Assembly: GCA_965238225.1 (NCBI GenBank)
Contig: OZ250183.1
Span: 928,001 to 992,000 of the forward strand
Source of the DNA: Gammaproteobacteria bacterium
GTDB lineage: Bacteria; Pseudomonadota; Gammaproteobacteria; Eutrophobiales; Eutrophobiaceae
Direction: 5' to 3'
DNA: 64,000 nt
In this document: positions 22,307 to 31,447 of the stretch, piece by piece
Position numbering within the stretch: position 1 is the stretch's first letter
Layout: every line of letters begins with the position of its first letter
The notes under the pieces: model-generated
The model's input: the letters and a program-made list of their open reading frames with translations, nothing else
Database searches by the model: none
Told to the model about the DNA's origin: nothing
Translations under genes and position numbers: made by a program

Positions 22307-23746
22307 ATGTTATCAATTACAGAAACAATGATATGTGCACCTGAAATATTTATGCTGGTGATGGTCAGTCTTATATTAGTGATTGATACCTTCAGTCATG
22401 ATCCCTTGCATAGAGTAACTTACTACTTAACGCAGCTGACACTTATCTTGACTGCAGTTTTGGTTGTTCAATTATGGCCAGAACAAGCGATTTATGCCTT
22501 TGATAATAGCTATACCAATGATGGTATGGGAACTGTGCTGAAGACGACCGTCTGTATTGTCGGTTTCTTCGTGTTTCTGTATTCGTACGACTACTTAAAA
22601 GAGCATGGCTGGCTAAAAGGAGAATATTTTGTTCTTGGGTTATTTGCGATTCTTGGTGAGATGATACTAATTTCAGCATACAGCTTATTAACGGTTTATC
22701 TTGGGCTGGAATTATTATCACTTTCACTATACGCCATGATTGCCATGCATAGAAAATCAACGGAAGCTACGGAAGCCGCAATGAAATTCTTTGTATTGGG
22801 TGCGTTGGCTTCGGGCATATTGTTATATGGCATGTCGATGATATATGGTGTCACTGGAAGCTTAGAGTTCACAGCGATCGCAACAAATATTGAAAATGAC
22901 ACCGATAATATATTACTCATCTTTGGACTGGTGTTTATTATAGTCGGTATAGCATTCAAACTTGGCGCTGTACCATTTCATATGTGGGTCCCTGATGTTT
23001 ACCAAGGCTCGCCGACTTGTGTGACATTATTTATTGCCAGCGCACCTAAGCTGGCAGCCTTTGCGATGGCAATAAGATTATTGGTTGACGGTTTACAACC
23101 TTTGATAAATGATTGGCAAGGGATGTTGGTTATTTTATCTATTATTTCCATGGCCACAGGCAATATTGTCGCCATATCCCAGACCAACATTAAACGCATG
23201 CTGGCTTATTCTGCTATTGCACATACAGGCTTTCTATTATTGGGTCTGTTATCTGGTACACCCTCTGCTTATGCAGCCTCCATGTTTTATGTCATTAGTT
23301 ATACTCTGATGAGCATGGGGGCGTTTGGTATGGTTATCTTACTGGGGAGAAAAAATTCTGAAGCAGATAAACTAGAGCATTTCAAAGGTTTAGCTGACAG
23401 AAATCCATGGTTTGCCTTTGTGATGTTGATGCTGATGTTTTCCATGGCAGGTGTACCGCCATTTCTCGGTTTTTGGGGCAAATGGTTCGTGTTGAAAGAA
23501 TTAGTTGACAGTGGTTTTATCTGGTTGGCGGCAATGGCGGTATTCTTTTCTATTATTGGTGCTTATTACTATATACGCGTGATTAAACTTATATATTTTG
23601 ATCAAGCAGATTCAATGACTGCAATAAAATCATCAAAACAAATGCGCTTTGCTCTGAGTATCAATGGATTGGCATTATTTATTCTAGGCTTAATGCCTAG
23701 TGCATTGCTGACTATTTGTGTTAGCGTGATGTTAACCGCTACCTAA
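22307..23746 (+). CDS. nuoN: NADH-quinone oxidoreductase subunit N
   Basis: FKLGAVPFHMWVPDVYQG, KRMLAYSAIAH. ATG 22307 lies downstream of AGGTGA. Confidence 0.97.
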   Translation: MLSITETMICAPEIFMLVMVSLILVIDTFSHDPLHRVTYYLTQLTLILTAVLVVQLWPEQAIYAFDNSYTNDGMGTVLKTTVCIVGFFVFLYSYDYLKEHGWLKGEYFVLGLFAILGEMILISAYSLLTVYLGLELLSLSLYAMIAMHRKSTEATEAAMKFFVLGALASGILLYGMSMIYGVTGSLEFTAIATNIENDTDNILLIFGLVFIIVGIAFKLGAVPFHMWVPDVYQGSPTCVTLFIASAPKLAAFAMAIRLLVDGLQPLINDWQGMLVILSIISMATGNIVAISQTNIKRMLAYSAIAHTGFLLLGLLSGTPSAYAASMFYVISYTLMSMGAFGMVILLGRKNSEADKLEHFKGLADRNPWFAFVMLMLMFSMAGVPPFLGFWGKWFVLKELVDSGFIWLAAMAVFFSIIGAYYYIRVIKLIYFDQADSMTAIKSSKQMRFALSINGLALFILGLMPSALLTICVSVMLTAT

Positions 23747-24170
23747 TGGTCGCAAGCATTGCAATTTACTTGATCATCGTTATAGTCTTAATATTGCCAC
23801 TAATTTTCTGGGTCTTAATGAATGCTTTCGGTTCTATGATGAACCAAAACCCAGAAACCTGTAGATGCGCCTGCTGGAGGTGTCTCAGGGTTAAATGCAA
23901 TTCCTGATTTACAACCATTTTCATGAATGAGTCGCAAGCTTTCATCCATATGCTCGCTGGTTTCTGGATGAGTGGTTATTGTTTTATTTTATTATCGGAT
24001 TTATTGCTTTAGGGTTTGAGAAAAAAATAACGAGCCAGTTGCATTCTCAAGATTAGAATTTTTATGCAATAGGATTTCTCTTGTTTGTCGTTTTCGCTTT
24101 GCCTGATTTTATCTATCGCGATGATTTCTTATGGCATCTGCAGCGTTGGAAAAGATATCAGTTGAAGTAA
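23746..24170 (+). pseudogene. DUF2818-family membrane protein pseudogene (gene usually found after nuoN)
   Basis: ATG overlaps the nuoN stop. Pieces read MVASIAIYLIIVIVLI / [10 protein letters not shown]...L*MRLLE / [19 protein letters not shown]...HSQD*NFYAIGFLLFVVFALPDFIYR. Lesions: one frameshift, TAG at 23862 and 24054 where Trp is expected, and a 93-bp insertion. Confidence 0.75.
23878..23970 (-). pseudogene. rpe: Internal fragment of a ribulose-phosphate 3-epimerase gene inserted antisense
   Basis: The minus strand reads [31 protein letters not shown], closely matching the Rpe segment [31 protein letters not shown] (recalled, not searched). Confidence 0.8.
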
Positions 24171-24260
24171 CTATTGACTAAGAGGCTTAAGCGCAAAACG
24201 ACACTGCAGTTACTGTGATAATATGACTCTTAGAGTTACCACCGGAGAACAAGAAAAATA

Positions 24261-25436
24261 ATGAAAATTGTATTGGCACCTGATTCTTTCAAAGGAAACT
24301 TGACATCCTTGCAGGTTGCTTGTGCATTCGAAGAAGGTATTAAGAGGGTTATTCCGAATGCAAATTGCATTAAAATTCCAATGGCTGATGGTGGTGAGGG
24401 GACTGTCCAGTCTCTGGTTGACGCAACAGGTGGTAAATTTATTCGAAAGAAAGTCAAAGGCGCTACAGGTGCGCTGCTGTTTGCACGTTATGGAATTTTG
24501 TCAGATAAAAAGACAGCAGTGATTGAAATGTCTGAAGCCTCCGGCCTACCAAGTGTCGAAGGAACTAAAAATAAAAATCCTTTAGAAACAACAACATATG
24601 GAACTGGTCAGTTAATGATGGATGCAATTAATAAAGGCGCGAACCATATTATTCTAGGCTTGGGCGGATCTGCAACAATAGATGGCGGCGCCGGGATGGC
24701 GCAAGCACTGGGCATTAAGTTTTTAGATAAAAGAGGTCTTGAATTAAAAGAGTTAGGCGCAGGCGGTATGCTGAACAGGATAGCCAATATTGATATGAGC
24801 AGGATAGATAGCAGGATAAAGAGGGTCAAAATTACTGTGGCTAGCGATGTAAACAATCCTTTTTGCGGAAAAAATGGCGCTGCATACATCTTTGGTTCAC
24901 AAAAAGGAGCAACACCAACAATGATATCAAAGCTGGATGCAAACCTGAAATACTTTGCCGCTATTATTAAAAGAGACTTGCGCAAAGACGTTATGAAATT
25001 AAAATGGGCAGGGGCTGCTGGGGGTCTAGGCGCGGGTTTGGCCGCCTTTACGGGCGCAAAACTAAAAAGCGGGATTGATATTATCATTCAATCAACCGGA
25101 TTAGAAAATCATATTAAAAATGCAGACCTAGTTATTACAGGTGAGGGTCGAGTTGATTTTCAAACGGCTTTTGGCAAGACTCCAGCAGGTGTTGCTAGGA
25201 TCGCCAGAAAACAAAAGGTGCAGACTGTTGTAATAGGTGGTGGGATTACAGATGATGCCCGTGACGTGTTTGAGCACGGAATAGATGGATTGGCCAGTGC
25301 ATGTGCAAGAGATATGTCTCTTGAAGAAGCAATGAATTATTCCAGAGCGCATTTAGCAAATGCGGCTGAACGAGTAATACGGCTAGTTTTGATCGGTAAA
25401 AAATTATCAAAACCTAAAAAATACAAAAGAAAATGA
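24261..25436 (+). CDS. glxK: Glycerate kinase (GlxK/GarK family)
   Basis: MKIVLAPDSFKG, PMADGGEGT, GLGGSAT.DGG.G, ADLVITGEG..D.QT..GK.P. Confidence 0.93.
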   Translation: MKIVLAPDSFKGNLTSLQVACAFEEGIKRVIPNANCIKIPMADGGEGTVQSLVDATGGKFIRKKVKGATGALLFARYGILSDKKTAVIEMSEASGLPSVEGTKNKNPLETTTYGTGQLMMDAINKGANHIILGLGGSATIDGGAGMAQALGIKFLDKRGLELKELGAGGMLNRIANIDMSRIDSRIKRVKITVASDVNNPFCGKNGAAYIFGSQKGATPTMISKLDANLKYFAAIIKRDLRKDVMKLKWAGAAGGLGAGLAAFTGAKLKSGIDIIIQSTGLENHIKNADLVITGEGRVDFQTAFGKTPAGVARIARKQKVQTVVIGGGITDDARDVFEHGIDGLASACARDMSLEEAMNYSRAHLANAAERVIRLVLIGKKLSKPKKYKRK

Positions 25437-25547
25437 GTGTAAGATAAGAAATAAAGAAGTAAAAGCACAGAAATTTTCTTCCCGTAAATACAGTTTTATT
25501 CTATTATATGAGAATAGGACTGTATCGCATATTACTGAAATAGATCA

Positions 25548-26065
25548 ATAAAAATTTCAAAATTTGCATTCCGATTTGATGTGAATGCAGGCATCATCCA
25601 GCTAATGGGTGACTTGGGCGATGCCTTATCTGAGAATAAGGATATATTGATGATGAGGGGGGGGGGGGAGTAACCCAAGCCATGTTCCTGAAATACAAAA
25701 ATTTTTCCATGATAGAACGCAGCGCGTTCTGGATCGACCTGCAGAGTTTGCACATATGATTGGTAATTATGGCCTGCCTCAGGGGCAAGCCATTCCTCGA
25801 GGCGATTTCAGTATTATTAGATAAAGAAAATGGTTGGGACATTAATTTAAATAATATGACCCTGATTTCTGGAAGTCAGTCAGGATTCTTCTTACTTTTT
25901 AATATTTTTTTACTGTAAGTATGCTGATAGAATTAAAAGATAAATATTATTATCTATGGCATACAGAATGTATCGGCTATAAGCGATGTAGGTTTATTCA
26001 ATGAAGTGCTTTTTCTGGCAAATCAAATATAGAGACGTTTGATGATTACACTTTTGAATACCACT
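25548..26065 (+). pseudogene. avtA: Valine-pyruvate transaminase pseudogene (5' part only)
   Basis: Reads (I)KISKFAFRFDVNAGIIQLMGDLGDAL...MMRGGG / SNPSHVPE...IGNYGLPQG / FLEAIS...GWDI..NMTLISGSQSGFFLLFNIF...FEYHLD, colinear with the AvtA N-terminal half. Start codon is ATA, there are several frameshifts (one in a G12 run at 25657-25668), and it ends at the IS left end. Confidence 0.85.
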
Positions 26066-26911
26066 TAGATTCATACAAATAAGCGCAATTTTTTAGAGTG
26101 AGGCGGTCAGTTGTTATGGTTGATTATTTGCTAACCAAAGGGAGATTGCTGATGCATTATAAATAACTGACCAAAATAGAACGATAGCAGATGTATATGA
26201 TTAAGAAAGCGAGGCGAGAAGCACGGAAAGCTATCACAAAATTACTGGCAGGAAGTTCTACGATTAGTCGCAAACTCTCGTAATTAAAGAGAAAAGAAGC
26301 TGCAAACGGTATAGACGCTATGCATGGTGAGGCAAGATCCCAAACTGGGTCAATATTGGTCTACGCCCCAAGGCAGTGAAAAGATATCAACGGATAGGTG
26401 ACTGGGAAGGTAATGTGGTGATGGGCAAAAAATAGAAAAAGTGCTTTGTTGGTCTTGATCTTGGCTAAATGCAGAACGCTTTACGCGGTGATTACACGGT
26501 TAACGGGCAAACTGATCAGACCTTACTGGCTGAGGCAGACATTTACAGCATGAAGAAGCTGAAATCAAAGGCAAAGACTATTGCCTGAAGACAATGACTT
26601 AGAATATGTGCATCATGAACATATAGGAAAACAACTAAAATGCAGGCATTTATTTTGCTTATTCTGATGCTCCATGGGAACAGGATATCAATGAAGATGC
26701 CAATAGGTTAATACACCAATATTTTCCTGAGGGGTGGAGTTTGATTAGGCGACAGATGAAGAGATAACGTATTTGATGGCGCGACTTAATAATCGATCAA
26801 AGAAAACCTTTGGGCATCGATCACCAAATAAATTATTTTCTTTAAGGTTTCTAGAGTAGCGGTTGATTTACTCGTTGCGTAATTTAACATTGCATTTATT
26901 GTGTGAATCTA
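26066..26911 (+). mobile_element. Decayed IS30-family insertion sequence
   Basis: Imperfect terminal IRs: tagattcatacaaataagcgcaat (26066-26089) and attgcatttattgtgtgaatcta (26889-26911). Transposase remnants from ATG 26152: MHYK*LTKIER*Q, STISRKL, GKIPNWVNIGLRP..RIGDWEG, YFAYSDAPWEQDINEDANRLIHQYFP, RLNNRSKKTFGHRSP. Many stops and frameshifts. Confidence 0.88.
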
Positions 26912-27140
26912 GGACATTTTGAATATGGTTTCTCGATTTTCAATCGACAGTGGCGTAGACACCACTCCGAGCGCTCGACTAAAATATCTACTAAAGTAAA
27001 ATCGACCGCAAAAAACTGATTTAAAAAGGTAATAGCTGAGATAGGGGTATCTGTACAGACTGGTTTTTTACATGGGCGCAAGTAATACGTTTTTGATTGA
27101 TATATCTAAGTGGCGAGTGTCTCATGGTGTTTAAATTTTC

Positions 27141-27986
27141 TCAATCACAAGAAATAATAGTCTGTGTTTGTTGACCTAAACCATCGACACCCAAGGTCAT
27201 GATGTCTCCAACTTCCAAGTAAACGGGTGGTTTTTGTCCAAATCCTACGCCTGGAGGCGTACCAGTAGAAATAACATCACCCGGCTGTAGACTCATAAAT
27301 TGACTCAAGTAGCTGACAATGCAGGCAGGTTGAAAAATCATGGTTTTAGTATTTCCATTCTGGTAACGCTGGCCATTGACCTCAAGCCACATATTCATAT
27401 CCATCACATTCTGGATTTCATCACGCGTAACAAGCCAAGGACCAATCGGGCCAAAAGTATCACACCCTTTACCCTTGTCCCATTGCGTACCATGGTCAAA
27501 TTGAAAAGTACGCTCTGATACATCATTAACCACACAAAAACCAGCAATATGTTCCATGGCCTCTTCTTTTTTCACATAAGCCGTTTGCTTGCCAATTACC
27601 AAGCCGAGCTCCACTTCCCAATCCAGTTTGGTAGCGTTGCGTGGTTTTATGACATCATCATTTGGTCCGCAAATGGCACTGGTAGCCTTGGTAAATATTT
27701 CAGGAAATTCTGGCACGACCATCCCGGATTCTTCGGCATGATCAGCATAGTTTAAGCCGATACAGAGAAACTTACCGACACTGCCAATGCAGGAACCATA
27801 ACGTACGTTATGGTCTACTCGCGGAAGTTTGGAAATATCTATTTTACGAAGCGCATCCAACCCGTCAGCCGTTAATGCGTCACCGTTGATATCTGCTAGA
27901 TTATTCGATAGGTCGCGTATATTTCCTTCATTATCCAACATGCCGGGCTTCTCTTGCCCAGCTATGCCGTAGCGTAATAATTTTAT
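27141..27986 (-). CDS. Fumarylacetoacetate hydrolase family protein (probable 2,4-diketo-3-deoxy sugar-acid hydrolase); start codon appears to be ATA
   Basis: KLLRYG..G.EKPG, CIGLNYADH, DWEVEL, NDVSER, KGKGCDTFGP.GP, TGTPPGVG. GAGGAG lies 7 nt before ATA 27986. Confidence 0.85.
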   Translation of the reverse strand: MKLLRYGIAGQEKPGMLDNEGNIRDLSNNLADINGDALTADGLDALRKIDISKLPRVDHNVRYGSCIGSVGKFLCIGLNYADHAEESGMVVPEFPEIFTKATSAICGPNDDVIKPRNATKLDWEVELGLVIGKQTAYVKKEEAMEHIAGFCVVNDVSERTFQFDHGTQWDKGKGCDTFGPIGPWLVTRDEIQNVMDMNMWLEVNGQRYQNGNTKTMIFQPACIVSYLSQFMSLQPGDVISTGTPPGVGFGQKPPVYLEVGDIMTLGVDGLGQQTQTIISCD

Positions 27987-28003
27987 TTTATTACTCCTCT
28001 TAT

Positions 28004-28732
28004 TTAAATAGACCAACCGCCATCTACCGGGATGATAGCGCCTGTCGTATAGGAAGATTCATCTGACGCAAGGTGTACGGCGAGACCCGCAATTTCCTCT
28101 GCCGATCCTATGCGATTCATTGGCTGGCGTGCTTCAAAAGCTTTGCGAGCCTCATCAGGATCATCGAACGCATTAAGCCGATTTTTCAGAGAAGGAGTGT
28201 CGACAGTGCCGGGACAAATAGCATTACAGCGTATTCCCTTGTCAACATAATCCAAGGCTATTGATTTAGTCATGCCAACTATTGCGGCTTTTGTTGCAGC
28301 ATAAACAAACCTGTTGGGAACTGCAGTAATTGAGCTTGCAATGGATGAAACATTAATAATGGATCCGCCACCAGAATTTATTATTCTTGGCAAAAAGGTC
28401 TTAATTGTACGATACATTGCCTTTACGTTCAATTCAAAAGAAAAGTCCCACTCTGACTCTTCACAGTCTAATATTGATCCGTCGGCGACAAAGCCTGCGC
28501 AATTAAACAGGATATCTATGTTTTTAAATTCAGCTGCCAAATCCTGGATCATTTTAATGTTTTTTACATCTAAAGTTCGCGATTGACATCCTTCTAAAGT
28601 TGCTAATGCTTTACTGTTAATATCCGTTGCAATAACATTTGCCCCTTCTGATATAAATTGTTCAGCTGTACTTCTACCAATACCTTGTGCGGCGGCCGTG
28701 AGCAACGCTGTTTTACCTTTTAACCTATCCAT
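28004..28732 (-). CDS. SDR oxidoreductase (2-keto-3-deoxy-L-fuconate dehydrogenase-like)
   Basis: TAAAQGIG, LFNCAGFV, YAATKAA, CPGTVDTPSL, and pathway context. Confidence 0.85.
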   Translation of the reverse strand: MDRLKGKTALLTAAAQGIGRSTAEQFISEGANVIATDINSKALATLEGCQSRTLDVKNIKMIQDLAAEFKNIDILFNCAGFVADGSILDCEESEWDFSFELNVKAMYRTIKTFLPRIINSGGGSIINVSSIASSITAVPNRFVYAATKAAIVGMTKSIALDYVDKGIRCNAICPGTVDTPSLKNRLNAFDDPDEARKAFEARQPMNRIGSAEEIAGLAVHLASDESSYTTGAIIPVDGGWSI

Positions 28733-28749
28733 ATTTAAGCCCTCCCTCC

Positions 28750-30189
28750 TTACTGGGCATTCACATAACTGGTTTTGACGGCCGTATAGAACCCTTTGGC
28801 ATAACTGCCTTGTTCGCGCGGTCCGAAACTCGATCCCTTGCTGCCACCGAAGGGGACATGGTAGTCAACTCCGGCTGTCGGCAGATTGACCATCACCATA
28901 CCGGCACGAGCATTCCTCTTGAACGCACTGGCAGCCTGCAAAGATTGTGTGCAAATACCGGCCGATAACCCGAATTCGGTATCATTGGCAACGTGAATGG
29001 CCTCATTAAAATCGCTCACTTTTATAACTGTTGCTATTGGTCCAAATATTTCTTCCCGGTTAATACGCATATCATTATTTGTGTTGGCGAATAAAGCTGG
29101 TGACAAATAAAAGCCTTTGGTTTCCCGTTGCAATTGTTCACCGCCAAAAACCAGTTCAGCCCCTTCATTTTTACCCGTTTCAATGTAATGGAGATCTTGA
29201 TCCAGTTGAGATTTGCTAGCTACTGGTCCAATATGGGTTCCTTTGTTGAGCGCATTATCAACGGTGAGAGATTCTAATTTACTAACACAAGCCTCTACAA
29301 ATTGATCATGGATGTTTTCAGTTACAATTAATCGACTTGACGCGGTGCAACGCTGACCAGTCGAAAAGAATGCACCATTTACTGCACAATCAACGGCTAT
29401 ATCTAAATTTGCATCATCAAGAACAACCAGAGGGTTTTTGCCACCCATTTCGAGCTGATATTTAGCGCCTCGTTGACTGCATGCTGTTGCTACTTTAGCA
29501 CCGGTTTCTACAGATCCGGTAAAGCTAATTGCACTGACATCGCTGTGATGTAATAAGGCATTGCCAATGAGACTTCCAGTCCCCATTACTAGGTTAAATA
29601 CGCCCGCGGGCAGCCCGGCACGCTGTAGAATATCTGTTAATAACCAAGCACAGCCATTTACCAGACCTGCGGGCTTGAAAACCACTGTATTGCCATAGGC
29701 GAGAGCAGGCGCGATCTTCCAGGCAGGGATGGCAATTGGAAAATTCCAAGGAGTAATAATGCCAACTACACCAAGAGGCTCATGCGTTATCTCGACACTG
29801 AAACCAGTTCGTACTGAAGGAACGATATCCCCATTGAGACGTAATGTCTCTCCGGCAAAGAACTTAAAGATTTGTCCTGCCCTAGCAGCCTCACCGATTC
29901 CTTCTGCTAAAGTTTTCCCCTCTTCGCGAGCCAGTAAAGTTCCTAACTCTTCTTTGCGCGCCAAGATTTCCGTCGCAGCAGCATCCAGGATATCAAAACG
30001 TTGTTGAATGCCGCTAACCGACCAAGTTGAAAAGGCGGTAGTTGCGGCAGCAATAGCTTCTATAGTTTGTGATTCATCTGCTTGAGCATATTCGCCAACC
30101 ACGTCGTCCACATCAGAAGGATTAATATTATTAAGGTAGTGTTTGGTTTTTGCCCATTCACCATTTATATAGTTATCAAACTTTGTCAT
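28750..30189 (-). CDS. Aldehyde dehydrogenase (alpha-ketoglutaric semialdehyde dehydrogenase-like)
   Basis: ITPWNFP, SFTGS, LEMGGKNP, GQRCTA, EEIFGP. Confidence 0.88.
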   Translation of the reverse strand: MTKFDNYINGEWAKTKHYLNNINPSDVDDVVGEYAQADESQTIEAIAAATTAFSTWSVSGIQQRFDILDAAATEILARKEELGTLLAREEGKTLAEGIGEAARAGQIFKFFAGETLRLNGDIVPSVRTGFSVEITHEPLGVVGIITPWNFPIAIPAWKIAPALAYGNTVVFKPAGLVNGCAWLLTDILQRAGLPAGVFNLVMGTGSLIGNALLHHSDVSAISFTGSVETGAKVATACSQRGAKYQLEMGGKNPLVVLDDANLDIAVDCAVNGAFFSTGQRCTASSRLIVTENIHDQFVEACVSKLESLTVDNALNKGTHIGPVASKSQLDQDLHYIETGKNEGAELVFGGEQLQRETKGFYLSPALFANTNNDMRINREEIFGPIATVIKVSDFNEAIHVANDTEFGLSAGICTQSLQAASAFKRNARAGMVMVNLPTAGVDYHVPFGGSKGSSFGPREQGSYAKGFYTAVKTSYVNAQ

Positions 30190-30235
30190 TTATTGAGTTA
30201 CCTGTTTCATTGATTAATAAAAAGTAAATTATTGT

Positions 30236-31408
30236 TCACAACAAATTTCGTTGCTTTAGATTTTGCATAAACGCCCACAGTCCAAACTCCCAAGGCGAAG
30301 CTTGGTCGCTGGTGATCACATAATTGGTTAATGTGCCGAGTTTATCTGATGAGATAATAACTTTATCTCCTATGTGATGAGTAAAACCCATATCAGCGAT
30401 GTCCCTGTCTTGGGTCGGGGCGAACAGAGTGCCGGTCATTAATACAAAACCATCCGGATACTGATGTGATGTTCCAATTGTTTGCTTGGCGAGGTCAAGT
30501 ACGTCACGGCTAATCTTTGACATTGTGCTTGACCCATCCAAGACATAATTATTGTCACCCTCTACACGCAATGTAACATCCAGATTGCGAACATCATCTA
30601 TTGTAAAATGCTCATCAAGGAGGCGAATAAAAGGTCCAATAGCACAAGACGCATTGTTATCTTTACCGCGAGCAAGAAGTAGAGCGCTGCGTCCTTCAAA
30701 ATCGCGTAGATTGACATCATTGCCAAGAGTAACTCCCACCGCCTCACCCATGTGATTTACTGCCAGCACCACCTCTGGTTCAGGGTTATTCCATTCAGAA
30801 GCAGGGTTGATACCAATATATTGCCCCTGTCCGACAGAAGACAAAACAGGTGCTTTTGTAAAAATCTCTGCGTCTGGACCAATACCTACCTCCAGATATT
30901 GAGACCACATTCCCTGAGACTTTAGATGCTGTTCAATTTTTTTTGCATTGTCTGTCCCTGGTTTCACTTCCGATAAATCAAAACCAATAATGTCTGCTAA
31001 TCCAGTACGGATTGATTTCGCCTTACTAAAATCACCTGCAGCACGTTCTTCTATAATTCTTTCAATCAAACTATCTACAAATGTAACGCCAGCAGCCTTA
31101 ATGCATTGTAGATCGATGGGGGATAAGAGGTAGGATAGATCGGATTGTGGTGTTGGAATGCTATTCTGCAAAACGTCAGCAAGAGAAAGTAAAGGTTCGT
31201 CCTGCGTGGCTTTACTTATAATATTTAATTTGTTTTCCATTGCCAATAATTGGGAGCAAGTTGGTACATAGGGCGTCAAATCATAGAGTTCCCCGTCTTT
31301 CACGGTTACGACACACGGTCCGGACAAAGATGGGTTATCGTTGACATGCCAGATGCGACCAATAAGATTCGCGTTATCACTATCTTCAGGGAAGGTTTCG
31401 CCTTTCAT
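30236..31408 (-). CDS. FAH-fold protein, XylX-like 2-keto-3-deoxy-pentonate dehydratase
   Basis: KAAGVTF..S.IER.IEE, WSQYLEVGIGPDAEIFTKA, WNNPEPE, NDVNLRDFEGRSALLL, GTLFAP. Confidence 0.8.
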   Translation of the reverse strand: MKGETFPEDSDNANLIGRIWHVNDNPSLSGPCVVTVKDGELYDLTPYVPTCSQLLAMENKLNIISKATQDEPLLSLADVLQNSIPTPQSDLSYLLSPIDLQCIKAAGVTFVDSLIERIIEERAAGDFSKAKSIRTGLADIIGFDLSEVKPGTDNAKKIEQHLKSQGMWSQYLEVGIGPDAEIFTKAPVLSSVGQGQYIGINPASEWNNPEPEVVLAVNHMGEAVGVTLGNDVNLRDFEGRSALLLARGKDNNASCAIGPFIRLLDEHFTIDDVRNLDVTLRVEGDNNYVLDGSSTMSKISRDVLDLAKQTIGTSHQYPDGFVLMTGTLFAPTQDRDIADMGFTHHIGDKVIISSDKLGTLTNYVITSDQASPWEFGLWAFMQNLKQRNLL

Positions 31409-31447
31409 TTTTTCTTTTCGCAAATTGAATACTAATTCAGGTCAGAA

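Noticed and set aside
25657-25668. G12 homopolymer in avtA as a phase-variation switch
   Set aside because: The gene has other frameshifts and stops, has lost its start codon and is truncated by an IS, so changing tract length could not restore it.
26912-27110. Possible second transposase scrap (IAEIGVSVQTG, HTH-like)
   Set aside because: Too short and degenerate to assign without a search.
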